A DNA stretch of 64,000 bases, from NCBI GenBank assembly GCA_012026655.1, contig JAAILG010000131.1, positions 1-64,000 of the forward strand, given 5' to 3'. Each line of letters opens with the position of its first letter. The stretch's first letter is position 1. The translations under genes and the position numbers were made by a program. The stretch is from Hydrolagus affinis (taxonomy: Eukaryota). Positions 13,123 through 25,460 of this stretch are shown one piece after another. The notes below the pieces were generated by a model. It had not been told where the DNA came from, did not search any database, and saw nothing but the letters and a program-made list of their open reading frames with translations.

Positions 13123-13662
13123 TAATAATCCTTGCATTTGATATAGCACCTTATCACATCTTCCAGATGTCTCAAAGCGCTTCACAGAATACACTGTAAA
13201 GTGAAACGAAAACAGAAGTTGCTGGGGAAACTCAGCAGGTCAGGCAGCATCCATGGGGAAAGGAAAAAGAGTCAACTTTTCGGATCTACAACCCTTTGTC
13301 AGAACCGAGTTCCAGAACTCTTTTTCCTTTCTCCATGAATGCTGCCTGACCTGCTGAGTTTCCCCAGCAACTTCTGTTTTTGTTTCAGATTCCCAGCATC
13401 TGTGGTATTTTGTGTTTGTTTTATACTTAAAGTGAATTGGCTGTATATTTGTGGGTGAAAAGCAGCAGCCTATTGTACAAGCAGCGTCCCACAAACAACT
13501 GTGGATTGAAGTGACCAAATTATTATTGTGGTTTTTTTGAGGGATTATTATCAGGTGTGTGGAGTAAGGAAACTTGGCCAAGGTTTCGTCCTGGCCGGGA
13601 ATTGAACCCAGGTCTCTCGCTTGCAAGGCGAGTGCTCTAACCACTGAGTTACAGGACTCCAC
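13123..13662 (-). mobile_element. CORE-like SINE (short variant) split by a Penelope-type insertion
   Basis: Full head GTGGAGTCCTGTAACTCAGTGGTTAGAGCACTCGCCTTGCAAGCGAGAGACCTGGGTTCAATTCCC and a full (ATT)n tail. Confidence 0.9.
13206..13427. mobile_element. Penelope-like-element terminal remnant in inverted configuration, with a decayed hammerhead core
   Basis: 70-bp inverted repeat (13203-13272 vs 13317-13386, 3 mismatches); TAAAGTGAA duplicated at 13197-13205 and 13428-13436; minus-strand CTGACAA-AGGGTTGTAGATCC-GAAAAGTT. Penelope assignment is from recalled chondrichthyan repeats. Confidence 0.7.
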
Positions 13663-15129
13663 TGATGGAGAAAATATCAATTAATTTATGCCACAACAAA
13701 GACTATAAATTTCACTCGGAATTTAGGATGAGTTGCATTAGTTTACTGCTGAAATTCCATCATTAACCCCACTAACTTTATGACAGGATTTCAGACTTAT
13801 GGTGAATCATTCTGTGTACTCTGTGAAGGACTGTCAATGGTGTAAATATTCTGCTCAATTTGTAAAATTTCCCAAATTGGACCCTTTGTGCTTGCAAAAA
13901 ACTCTATTGCGGTTGTTAATTAAATAACATAAAACATTTTAAATGAAACGGTATATTTAAAATGACGTTTGATTTATTCACACAGAGATATATTCAGGAA
14001 CCTGACCAAATGGAACAGGAAAGCACTTTGCCCTGATCACTATGCTGTGCTGTAGGGAACTGATGAGCAGATAATTCCCAGAGAAACAAACGGAAATGAG
14101 GAAAGCGGCTTGAGTCCATGCAGCTTGTTCCTTCCAACATACTGTACGTAACTTACTTGTTTATAGATTTGACCCAACCTAGTGAATCCCCTGAGGGAGA
14201 TAAATAACCACAGCCAAAACTTCTAAGAACATAAAGCTCTGTGAAATTGACCCTGATGATATCGAACAAACCTTCAGTGTCTCAGCCCAATAATTACAGA
14301 CCATGGTTCTTCATTGGCCAGCAATGCTCCATAAATGGAGCTTCTGTGATCCAGTGACAGGGACTGTGAAGTTTGTTGAAACATTAATAATCAATTCCTC
14401 TACTTATTATTTAAACCTTAGATACAGACTGACCTGAAGGCATTACCTCTCCTTCAGGCTGCCAAGAATCCTCATCCACACCTTTATCAAATCCAGGCTT
14501 GATTTTGCCCAGGCTAATGATCAGCACCTCATTAGACCTCCCAACACAAGCTGTAGACTATTCAGATCTCTGTCCATATGACCCTGCATAATGCTGGCAG
14601 GCATTTCCTCCACCTCAGTTCTTAGGATACCCAGTGTGTAATATCCAGGCTTGCAAGTTACCAAGCATGATGCAGAATTTCCGCTACTTCAATCTTCTAG
14701 TATCAGGTAAGCATTGAAAATGAAGCAGGTATTCTACAACCTCAGTCTATTGTTCCAGGAGTTTACACAATGAATTTCTTCATAATTATCAGCATCCACA
14801 GGAGACCATGCCCTGCCAACCGTGGCCTCATTAAAACAGGGAAAGGAGATTTTTTTATTGCCAAATTATCAGCAGAGAGTGAGGAAAACACTGCTGGTGA
14901 AGATTCTGTCAACAATATATGGTTGTAGTCACTATAATTATTGTATTGTGAAGCAGAGGTACCATAAAAGTATCTTGTTCAACATCATTCTTGCAAATCT
15001 ACTCTATTTAAATAATTTGTTGGAGGATTTCCCCATTGAGCCCTGGGTACATATTTATACTTTTTTTTCAATTCATTCTCTCACTAATTTCATTTTGAGT
15101 TATATTGCCTACTAGGAAGCTTACAGAGA

Positions 15130-15530
15130 AAGGAGTTCCTGGTACCTTGCATCCACCAAGTGAGGACTGAAAGCCACACTTATCAGATGTCAAATGGCCA
15201 ACTAGTAATTATCTTCCGGGGGATATGAAAGCGGGGTCTCTCATTGGAGCTAAACTTGTCCAAGGTGACACGTTTGACTTCAAAATGTCAAAATTATGTG
15301 TGGTAGTCTTGGTTGTCCAGTTCCTGAGCCAGGCATATCCACGGTAGTTCAGGGCACTGTTGATGACAATACAGCCAGCCTGGCTCATCAGCAGGATTGG
15401 AAGGGCAGACCAGAAGTAGGGACTCTGGAGGTAGGGACTCCTCACTAAACTCCCATTAATCCTCAAAGCCAAAGCCCTAATGGGTAGTAGGATAGTTCTA
15501 GTTGGACAAGCAGGTGGAAAGCTTGCCAGA
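15130..15530 (-). repeat. Unclassified interspersed repeat (longest copy)
   Basis: Same blocks as 8150-8435; internal 10-bp inverted repeat TGAGCCAGGC (15325-15334) / GCCTGGCTCA (15378-15387). Confidence 0.75.
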
Positions 15531-16284
15531 TAGTGTTCTCAATGGCAAGTTATGTGGGTTTAGCTGGGTTAGCCTCCAGAGATATCTCAACGCACAATCT
15601 GGAGTCCACAACTCTTGGCTCTTGCCAACCTTTGTTTAATACTGTACTTTCTGCAATTAAGTAAGAAGGATGCACATGCCATTCCAACGATCTATCTCTG
15701 GAATATGGGTGGGATACATTGAGTTCTCAGTTTGGTCTGGATACTCTGAAGCATGATGAGGGATTTCTGCATGTGTCAGACACCTGGCTGACCAAAAAGA
15801 ATGTACAGCAATACTGATTTTAATATTGATTACAGTGTGACCCAGTGTATTGCACCTAGATACCAAGAATCAATTAAAATGAAGAGCACACAACAAGGCA
15901 ACAATTAGATATAAATGAAAAAAATACTTTTTAAGTGCTTTATGACACATTATATGAAAGATGTTACATAAAATTTAATTGTATTCTATTGTAGTTACTA
16001 TGTATTTTGTAGTTGGACACATACTTATAAACATTCCAAATATTTGTTGTAAAACATATGTTTATCACTTTCTTTCTTAGCACTCTTTGATTGGCTTTCA
16101 ATTTCTATCAATGCTAGAATTGGTATTGTTGTGAATTTAGTATTCATGTGAAAATCTTTCTTTATTTCTTTTGAGAGGATAATAAGAGTCCTATTAATGT
16201 GCATACTTCCTCTGCTTGGGAATCAGTTGAAAACTTGGAACGCTATGCGGAAAATACAATGCAATATTTGGGGGTGCGCTGTAT

Positions 16285-16650
16285 TGGAGTCCTATGGTTA
16301 GAGCACTTGCCTCGCAAGTGAGACACCTGGGTTTTATTCCAAGCAGGGAGAAATGTTAGGAAAATTTCTTCACTCCACACACTTCTGTTTACCTTGTAGC
16401 AAATAGGAAGCCAGTTGATAATCTAAAAGATCTCTTTTACAGGAATAATAATCCCTTCAAAAACTATATTTTTAAAATGTTGTCATTCAATCCACAACTG
16501 TTGTGAGACACTCCTGTGCACATTTGGCTGCCGCATTTTAACTATAAAATGTACCGGCAATTCACTTTACAGTATATTCTGTGAAGTGCTTCATGTCTAG
16601 TAGATATGAAAAGCACTATCTCAAATGCAAGGATTATTATTATTATTATT
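16285..16650 (+). mobile_element. CORE-like SINE (long variant)
   Basis: tRNA-like head, CTGTTTACCTTGTAGCAAATAGGAA block and (ATT)n tail. Confidence 0.85.
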
Positions 16651-16959
16651 GTCAGAGGTGCTGTCCTTTGGATCAATCATTAAACTTTTTTGTATTGTGC
16701 TGGAAGCTGAATGTATTACAATATTTACTTTAACATAATTAATTATATAGTCCATGCTAATTAGAAAAACTTGCTTCAGGCTATATGCAGCACCTTAAAA
16801 GACAACCGCAAGACATATATGCTTAATTAGAAAAATTTACTACCGTGATTTTTATGAAGCACAACAAATGTACTATCATTAATATATGAGCAATTAAGTA
16901 AATGGAAGTCTGGATGACAGGGATTAATCTATTGGGCCGTGAAAAATGTGTCATGTAAT

Positions 16960-17585
16960 ATTATTACCTTATCAACCTGTTTACTCTCTCCTCTCAGCAG
17001 CCTCCAACTGGCCTGACCCACCATTGGTGGTCAACCATTCAGCCTCTTCTCCCCAATCTTTTGGAACACCATCCCACATTCTCTTGGCCTCGCTGTCACC
17101 CTTGCCTCCTTCAAGGCACATCTCAAGATCTTCCTCTGGTCATGCCTTTGGCCACCCTCCTACCCTCCCTTACTCCAATTCCTCCCCCACTCAGGTTGAA
17201 ATCCCTGGTTATCCAGATCTTGGGATGTCCTCGACATGAAAGACGCTATACAAATGCATCCATTCAGCAGGCTCCAGTCTGCTCCATGTCTCCCCACCGA
17301 CCCGCCCTACCATTGTTGGCTGGGCTTTCAGCCTCTCTGCCCCCACACTGTGGAACTACATCCCACAGTCCTTTCATCTCTCTTCCTCCCTTGCCTCCTT
17401 CAATGCTGGTCACAAGACCCTTCTTTTCGACTGTGCCTTCTGCCACCTTCCCACCTCTTTCCCTTCCCTCCCACGACCCTGCCCCTCTCCCATGGTCGGG
17501 TCCTGCCCCCTGACTGTTCCGTGCCTTGCGACATGCTCTCAATGTGAAAGGCACTCTATAAATGCAATTTTATTGTTGTTGTATT
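16960..17585 (+). mobile_element. Two tandem L2 3' fragments
   Basis: Each has the pattern ACCATT..TGG...TCAGCCTCT...TGGAAC..CATCCCAC; tails end at ~17255 and ~17582. Confidence 0.85.
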
Positions 17586-17759
17586 GTACTTGTGATAGTC
17601 CCACTGGTGATAATTATTATATTGACCAAATATATGGTCAAAAGCAATCAATAATTACAATGTTACTGGCCTTAGATAATTATCACATCAGATCTGATCT
17701 GAAATATGAAGTTTCTATGTTAAAGCACTACTTTGTGTAGCTTTCATTTAAACTTTAAA

Positions 17760-18260
17760 TACATCCTTACATTTGAAGTAGCGCTTTTCACGTCAGGAGG
17801 ATTTCTCAATGTGCTGCACAGGATTTACTATAACATGTAGTAGATGTGTATTTTGTAGGCGAACATAGCAGCCAATTTCACTCAGCAATGTGTTACAAAC
17901 AGCCATGCAGTGAGTGACCAATTTTATCTGGGGAATGTTGGCCAAGATACCCACCTGAATGGACAGATGGGTTCTCAGTTTAAATTTTTTTGTGAAATAC
18001 AATACAATAAGGCACTCTTCCACGACTGTATCAATATGTTAGCCTAGACTATAAATGAGTTCAATGTCTCTTTTTTGGGTTTGAACCCACAATCTTCCTA
18101 CTCATGGTGCTTCATAAACCTCACGGTAGTAAATTTTTCTAATTAAGGATGTATGTCTTGCGGATGTCTTTTAAGGTGCTACATATAGCCTGAAGCCAGT
18201 TTTTCTAATTAGCACTGACTATCTAATTAAAGTGCTACTGACTGTGTCAGGCTGCCAACA
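17760..18260 (-). mobile_element. Deu-domain SINE with a foreign 124-bp segment in its head
   Basis: Tail at 17760. The head TTGAACCCACAATCTTCCTACTCA is broken at ~18105 and resumes at ~18231 (AGTGCTACTGACTGTGTCAGGCTG). Confidence 0.75.
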
Positions 18261-18562
18261 TTGCATATATTTATACTCTGGACACTTGCTTTACCTTATC
18301 AATTTGTTCCCTGCCATCCTCTCCTGGGAGTGTTTGCCATTCTTTTCTTCCTTCTACATTCTCAGGAATGTTTGTCAACAGTTTGACAGTTGTTGTGAAT
18401 GTTGAAGACAAATTGAATCAATCACCAGCAGCACCAGGACACACCTGACAAGATCACCCTCCATAGACTAATAAAATAACATGAAAATTCTGGGATGGAG
18501 GTTTACAGACACATCGAGCAGATGAAGTTAAATAAGACACAGAACTAACAAAATAAGACAAT

Positions 18563-19340
18563 TACAACAACAAAATTACATTTGTTTAGTGCCTTTCGTG
18601 CCAGGAGGGTGCCACAAGGCGCTGGATAGTCATTGTTTCAGACCTGAGCTGAGGTCAGTGACGGGGCGAGTGGAGGGAAAATGGGGGATTTGGGGTGACT
18701 AATGGGACTGTTGAAGAGGAGGGCCTTGAAGCGGGACTTGAAGGAGGCTAGGGTGGGGGCGAGGCAGGGGACTGTGGGATGGAGTTCCTGAGGTTAGGGG
18801 CAGAGTGGTTGAAGGCTCGTCCACCAATGGTGGGGCAGATGGGTATGGGGACATGCAGTAGGCCGGAGCCTGGGCAGGTTGGTAAAGGGTTAGGTGGTCA
18901 CAGAGGTAGGTGGGGAGAGGCCATGGAGAGCTTTGAATGTGAGGACCATGATCTTGAATTGAATCCTCTGGGTGATGATGGGGAGCCAATGGAGTTGGGC
19001 GAGGATGAGGGAGATGCACCGCAGAGTTCTGGATTATCTGCAGCCTATGGAGGGAGAAATTGGGAAGGCCAAAAAGCAGGACATTGTCGTAGACAAGCCT
19101 CGATGTGATGAAGGGATGAATGAGGGTTTCAGCGGCCTGAGGGATGAGATAGTAGTGGAGTTGGGCGATATTATGGAGGTGAGGGAAGGCAGAGCAAGTC
19201 ATGTCTTGGATGGGAGAGGAAAGACAGTTGAGGATCGAACAAGACACCTAGGTTCCTGACTGGCTTGGTGAGGTTAACTGTGCAACCATGGAGGTTGATG
19301 CTGCCAATGTTTGATGTGTGAAGGCACTGGGGTGAACCAA
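18563..19340 (-). mobile_element. L2 LINE 3' fragment with frameshifted ORF2 C-terminus (longest L2 here)
   Basis: VRNLGVLFDPQLSF and AFPHLHNIAQL...AETLIHPFITSRLVYDNVLLFGLP..SLHRLQIIQNSA are typical L2-clade ORF2 C-terminal motifs; (TTG)n tail. Confidence 0.92.
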
Positions 19341-19454
19341 TCAGGAGATAATTTTCAAATAAATAAAAAAAATACATTTAAAATAGAAAGAAAAATTTCA
19401 GTTATTGTGATGAAGTAAGTTACTGAAGTAGTTGTAGTTTTTCATCCAACTTAT

Positions 19455-20195
19455 GTGGAATCCATTAGGGTAGTGATTAGCTTGCTCATCTCACAATTGA
19501 AAGGACCTGGGTTTGATTCCAGGGCAGGGCAAAACCTTAGACAAGTTTCTGTATTCCGCATGTTTCTCTTTACCTAGCAGTAAACCTGGTTGTTTCCAGG
19601 GGTAATAAACCCTCCCACTTCAAAGAATATTACTCAATCCATAATTGTTTGTGAGTCCTGTAGCTCAGTGGTTAGAGCGCTCGCCTTACAGGACAAAACC
19701 TTGGGCAAGTTTTCTTACTCCGCACACCTGATAATAATTCCTCAAGAAATATAATAATAAATTGGTCATTTCAATTCCACGACAGTTTGTGGAACACTAC
19801 AGTGTGCAATTGGCTGCTACTTTTCGCTCACAAACATAGCCAATTCACTTTACAGTATATTCTGTGATGCATGTTGAGACGTCTAGAAGACGTGAAACGC
19901 ACTGTATCAAATGCAAGAATTATTTATTTGTTATTGGTTTCCTTACTCTGCATGCTTCTGTTTACCTTGCAGTAAATTGGAACCTGGTTGATAGTCAATT
20001 GGTGGATCCTCTCCACGCATAATAATCCCTTCTCCCCCAACAAAAAAAACGAGTAAATCAACAATTGTTTGTGAGTCACTGCTGGGCTAAGTTGGTTACT
20101 GCATATTGCCCACAAAATACAATGTGAAGCACTTTGAGATGTCTCAATGATGTGATAGGGCATTAGAGCAAGCGCAAAGGTTATTATTATTATCA
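19455..20195 (+). mobile_element. Cluster of three head-to-tail CORE-like SINE pieces
   Basis: Long-variant 5' part 19455-19655, short variant 19652-19925 joined at the GAGTC microhomology, headless long variant 19935-20195. Confidence 0.8.
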
Positions 20196-20489
20196 TTATA
20201 CATGACCTTTTTCTAAATTCCTCAATCTGGTGACAGAGAAGGATCAGCCGATCTGCGAAGGCAGAAAATCTGCCCTTTGCTGTTCACCAGTCAGCATGCA
20301 GATGTACACAGTGCTGCTTCAGATAGAACTTATTGATGCATGATGCTGCCAATTGGTATTTAAAAATCACATGATCTAGATCAGGGCACCTTGTGATACA
20401 GACGAGAAGCAGCTAAGCAAACAAAGACAGATGTCACAAAGTGAATCATAAAAGTAGTGTCCTTTCCGATTCTTGAGTGAAATGTATCG

Positions 20490-20750
20490 CACATGGAATC
20501 ATTCCCACTCACCACCCTGTCTGTTAGGGCTTTTGCTTGCAGGGTTAACAGGAGCTGAGTGGAAACAATCATTGGCCTCAGTCAGTCTCTCCAAGTCCCT
20601 CCATAAGCTAGCCTTGCTGGTCTCTCACCAGCAGTGCCCTGGAGAACTGCTGACCCGCCTGGGTCAGGAATCCAACTTCTAAGACTGCTACAGAGGGGTG
20701 TCTTGATTCTGACATTTTCTTGTCAAGTATGCCACCTGGGAGCCAGTTCA
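20490..20750 (+). repeat. Unclassified interspersed repeat
   Basis: TTAGGGCTTTTGCTTGCAGGGTTAACAGGAGCTGAGTGGAA...CAGCAGTGCCCTGGAGAACTGC...GGAGCCAGTTCA. Confidence 0.7.
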
Positions 20751-21760
20751 TTTTACAATTAATTTACAAAGTAAAATTTTATCACCGAAGAGATCAAAGC
20801 AAATATTCTGCCATCCAAAATTAGCTTGAAAAACGGCAGGAGGTGGCTGTCCCGTCATTTTTTTTTCCTGAAAAAAGTCTCATTGTTTCAATTAATTTAA
20901 ACTGTTGCAGAGAGCTCGCTCGTAACTGAACTTAATCGTTAATTCAGTGTATCTGAGATCAGTGTTGTTTCTGCTGTTCAGTGGTTATTAAAAAAAAATC
21001 TCTGGGGAACTGACTCACAAATTGGCCAACACAAACTCCTAATGTGGCTTATTTCTTGAACACATTTTGCAAGCAATGTTGCAAATATGCAGTTAATTCA
21101 CTTTACATTATATTCTGTGAAGGGTTTTGAGACTTCTTGAAAACGAGACAAGAAGTCACAAGGTGCTATATAAAAAATAGTATTATTATAGCGTTGAAGT
21201 TTTGGATCCTGAATTGGGGTCTTTCATTACTTTACAGGATAACAGCTCAAATAAATCAATATCCTCTTAAACAGAATGTGAAAAGCCCCTCCAGGGTTCA
21301 ATATTGTGGCTGTAGTCAAAGGCATTTGCAATATCCTTTGACCACATGTATTATTCAGAAGTTGGGGGAGAGGCTATTTCAAAACACTTTTAATTTTATG
21401 TGTCAGACTGACGCAGTGGTAGCACTCTCACCCCTGAGTCAGGTGGTTGTGGGTTCAAGCCCCATGTCAGGACCTGGAATCACATAGTCTAGCAATGCAA
21501 TGCTTGGGGTGTGTTGCATTGTCGGATGTGCCTTACTTTAGATGAGACAACAACATAAAAATTACATTGATGTAGCACATTTCACATTGGAAGGAAGTCC
21601 CAAAGTGTTGTATATTAAACCAAGATCCTATCGACCTGTTCAGGTGGATGTTAAAGATCCCATAACACTATTTGAAAAGAGAAGGGAGTTTTCTCCTGTG
21701 TCCTGGCTAACAATCTAGTAAATAAAATTAGTTACTCACTTCATGGCAGTCTGGGGACAT

Positions 21761-22440
21761 TGATCAAGAAGGCGGATGATATATTGGCCTTTATTTCAAG
21801 GGGCTTGGAATACAAAAAGGGAAGAAATTATGTTTCAGTTGTATACAGCATTGGTCAGACCCCATCTGGAGTATTGCATTCAGTTTTAGGCACTGCACCT
21901 CAGAAAAAATATATTGGCCCTGGAGGGGGGTGCCGTGCAGATTCTCTGGAATGTTACCAGGCCTTAAAAGGTTAAATTACGAGGAAAGGCTAAATAAACT
22001 TAGATTATATTCCCTTGAATTTAGAAGGTTGAAGGGTGATTTGATTGAGGTGTTAAAGATGATAAAAGTATTCAATAGGGTAGATACAGGGAAGCTATTT
22101 CCTTTGACGGGGGAATCCAAAACAAAGGGACCAAGTGTTAAAGTTGGAACCAGTGAAAGAGTGAAATTAGGAAGCATTTTTTCACTCAAAGTAGTGGAAA
22201 TCTCTCCTACAAAAGGCTGTGGATGCTGGATCCATCCACACCTTCAACAGTGAGGTTGATAGATTTTTGGATAGCTAAGGATAGTTAAGGTATTTTTGGT
22301 AGTTAAGGATAGCAGGGGATATGGGGAAAAAGCAGGAAATTGGAATTGACAGGATTAGTTGCGGTACAGATCAACCATGATCTAATTGAATGGTAGAACA
22401 GGCTCGAAGGGCTGAATGGCCTACTTCTGTTCCTTTGTTC
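21761..22440 (+). mobile_element. CR1 LINE 3' fragment (ORF2 C-terminus + 3'UTR)
   Basis: ILAFISRGLEYK and LNYEERLNKLRLYSLEFRRLKGDLIEVLKMIK..NRVDTGKLFPL; terminal GGGCTGAATGGCCTACTTCTGTTCC. Confidence 0.92.
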
Positions 22441-22507
22441 CAATTGCTGTATGCAATTGGCTGCCACGATTTACCCACAAAATACAGTCAATCCACTTCA
22501 CACTATA

Positions 22508-22834
22508 ATAATAATAATCCTTGAGTTTGATATAGTGCTTTTGAAGTCTTCTAGATGCCTCAAAGCACTTCACAGATAGAACCAGCTTATTGTAAAGTGA
22601 ATTGACTGTACATTTTTGTGGGCGAAATGCGGCAACCATTGGCACACAGCAGTGACCCACAAACAGTTGTGGATTGAAATGACCAATTTACTATTGTTTT
22701 TTTGAGGGATTATTAGTGGGCATGTGGAGTAAGGAAACTTGCTTAAGGTTTTGCCCTATCCGGAATTGAATCCTGGTCTCTCACTTGCAAGGCTCTACAG
22801 GACTAGAGTGCTATACAGGACTCCACGTCCTATA
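22508..22834 (-). mobile_element. CORE-like SINE (short variant) with TSD
   Basis: CACACTATA at 22499-22507 and 22835-22843 flanks the copy. Confidence 0.85.
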
Positions 22835-23048
22835 CACACTATACATTTGATGCACTTTGAGATGTCTCAACTACATGGTAAGGCCCCATATCAAATGCAA
22901 GAATTATTATTAATAGTTCCTTAATTGAGAAATGGAACCACAATTTTGACAGCCAATATTACGATAGAATCTGAATTCCAGTATTTCATAATTGTCTGAT
23001 AAAGAATAAATACGGGACTGAAAGAGTTGACGTTAAAAGTGCCCTCAC

Positions 23049-23186
23049 AGACACAATGGACTTGCTGTGAATTTCCATGATTCTACATTTGAGGTGCACA
23101 AATGAATTCTTATTTCTAGAAGTAGATTGCGGTAACACTGCTCCGATATAATCTTCAAGGATGGATTTCCCATGGGTCAATAGCAG
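23049..23186 (-). other. Candidate exon C (138 nt, open only in phase 0)
   Basis: Acceptor TTTTTTTGTTGTCTCTTTCAG|CTG and donor TCT|GTGAGG; encodes LLLTHGKSILEDYIGAVLPQSTSRNKNSFVHLKCRIMEIHSKSIVS, which I do not recognise. Confidence 0.3.
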
Positions 23187-25319
23187 CTGAAAGAGACAAC
23201 AAAAAAATGTGCATGGGTAGACCACTTTGCAATGAAATGTATTGCCTGGGGTTCTAGACTGGAGAAGTCATTACAAAATTCCAAGACTTCTAAAAAAGAA
23301 ATGAAGGTCATCAATCATGCTTTGATCACACAGGAATGCCGAATCACTTATCTGGACTGTTCAAATGAAGGTAAATGAACATGAGTGATAGGCAGCATTA
23401 ATTTGATGAGTTGTAATTCTTTTGTCCAATGTGTCAGTACTTGGTGCTGTAATTCATTGATGAATGATCTCTGCGAGAGTTAAGGGGGGAGATGAAGAGA
23501 ATGTTCTTTTAAGCATAGGATTATTAGACCATTGGAATGATGTGCCACAAGTAGCTATTCAAATTAAGTCCATACCAACATATGAAAGGGAATTGGACAC
23601 ACAGCTGAAGAGGAACAATCTATAAGGGTATGGATGAGGCAAAAGTAATGAACTAAGAGTGGAATACAGGAGACTGATCCATATCCATGTATACTATCCA
23701 ATCATTTCAGGTCTGCTTGAAAAAACCTGAAATTTCAAGCAGATACTCAGATGTACAGCATCTGAGATTGTAAAATAATGATAAGAATCTCTGAGTACAA
23801 ATCCATATTGTTGTAAGTTCATGCAGTACTGCAGCAGGGATTTATCGAGTTTGTTTCTTCGAAGATCTGATGCAGGGATGGTATTGGGTTAGAGAGGAAG
23901 ACGGACAAATAAATAACAACAATAAAATGACACTTGTATAGCGCCAGTGCCTTGGACACCCTCCCGACGTGAAAGTCACTATAGAAATGTAATTTTGTTG
24001 TTGTACAATCTTGTAACTATTTTGCTCAATTTTCTCTTTTCTTTCATTTTCTGTTGTTTCCATTTAACCAGATTGGGAATTTGTAAATTTATGGAAACAC
24101 AGTTTCATTACTATACATTGATGTATTGGCTGCTGCTATCTACGTATTTTCTCCCACAAGATATATAGTGAATTCACTTTCCAATATGTTCTATGAAGCG
24201 CTTTGAGACATCTCTAAGACATGATAAGGTTATGATAATATAATTATGAATTGTCTTAAGAAGTTATGCACACCTCACACCAATGACCAATCTTGTTTTG
24301 ACTGGTGTGTTGACTACATTTACCAATAATGTAACAGTTGACAATGGTGATAAATAACACATTATACATGGCAATTTCCTCCCCTAATTTACTAATTGGC
24401 TTTACACCTGTTTTGCACAAACAGGGGAATTTCAGGCTACAATATATGTTAAATAAAATTATCAGCAAATTATTACACGAATATTATTTTGGATTTTTAC
24501 CTGTTTTAACTCCTTTCTCCCAGTAGCTCGTCGAAAATTGTGGAACCTATCCCTAAAATATTGTTTCAGTTTTGAAATCATATTTTCTTTTGAAAAAATA
24601 CATAGCTCGTGGCTACCTTTCCAAATCTTAGGGGTATAAAATGTGATGTTAATGAACCCATTGTGTTAACCTCTGTGGTGCTTATTAACACGTGCATTGG
24701 ACACATTGGCTGATCCCAGCCAGTCAGCTATTGCTCAACAAGAATCTGGAACTCTCAACCACAATCTCTCCATCTTGCCTGCTCCTTTTCCATCTTTAGA
24801 TCACACCTTCAAGACTTTCCTCTTCAACCGTGACCAGGGTAACCTCCCCTTTCTCCTTCGCTTGGCATCAAGCTTCACCACTTTTATGCACTCAGAGACC
24901 TACCTTGTATGAAGAGCATTATATAATTACAAGTTATTGTTGCCCCATTAAAATTGGATCCCTTTTCATGGAACCCATTGAACCATTGGAATCTATATAA
25001 TAGAAGAAAGCCACTTAGTCTAATTGTGTCTGTACTAGTTCTCTGAGAGCAATCCATTTAGATCTATTTACCTGCTTTTCCCACATAATTCTTAAAAAAA
25101 ACTTACCTTTAGAAAAATTGAACACTGTTTAATAGTTACTTCCAGAAGTTGGCTGTAATGTGTATTGAACCTCAAGTTCGTGGCTATGGAATTCCAGTTT
25201 CTGAAACATTGGTTGAAATAATCAAAACTTCTGAGTGGAAGTTTGTGGGCTGAAATCTTATATTGGATTTTTAACTGGTAGTCTAAGAGGGCGGAAGTAA
25301 CAATATGTTATTGTTGTTG

Positions 25320-25460
25320 TTACATAAGAACATAAGAAGTAGGAGCAGGAGTATGCCATTTGGCCCTTCAAGCCTGCCCTACCATTGAATAAGATCATGG
25401 CTGATCTTCTATCCTAATTTCATTTACTCCGCCCTATTCCCATATTCCTCAATCCTGTTT
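25320..25460 (-). mobile_element. CR1 3' end
   Basis: ACATAAGAACATAAGAAGTAGGAGCAGGAGTATGCCATTTGGCCCTTCAAGCC, near-identical in layout to 29430-29530. Confidence 0.8.

Larger units (their letters stand above)
21400..22915 (+). mobile_element. Deu-domain SINE fragmented by three nested insertions
   Basis: Head/Deu part 21400-21760 (with an L2 tail inserted at ~21546-21612), body resumes 22441-22505, tail 22835-22915. Confidence 0.8.

Noticed and set aside
13590-13662. tRNA-like sequences with A and B boxes (this and similar heads)
   Set aside because: Each continues into a SINE body and tail; they are SINE heads, not tRNA genes.
15125-15195. HDV-like ribozyme pattern (TCCTCAC loop, possible P1)
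   Set aside because: P2, P3 and the catalytic junction could not be assembled consistently, and it was seen in one copy only.
15315-15392. CTGATGA followed by a stem (hammerhead-like) on the minus strand
   Set aside because: The stem is followed by TCAGGAAC rather than GAAA, and CTGATGA is not kept in the other copies.
16739-18230. Single 1.5-kb DNA transposon with 124-bp TIRs
   Set aside because: The right arm interrupts a SINE that continues beyond it, and there is no TSD.
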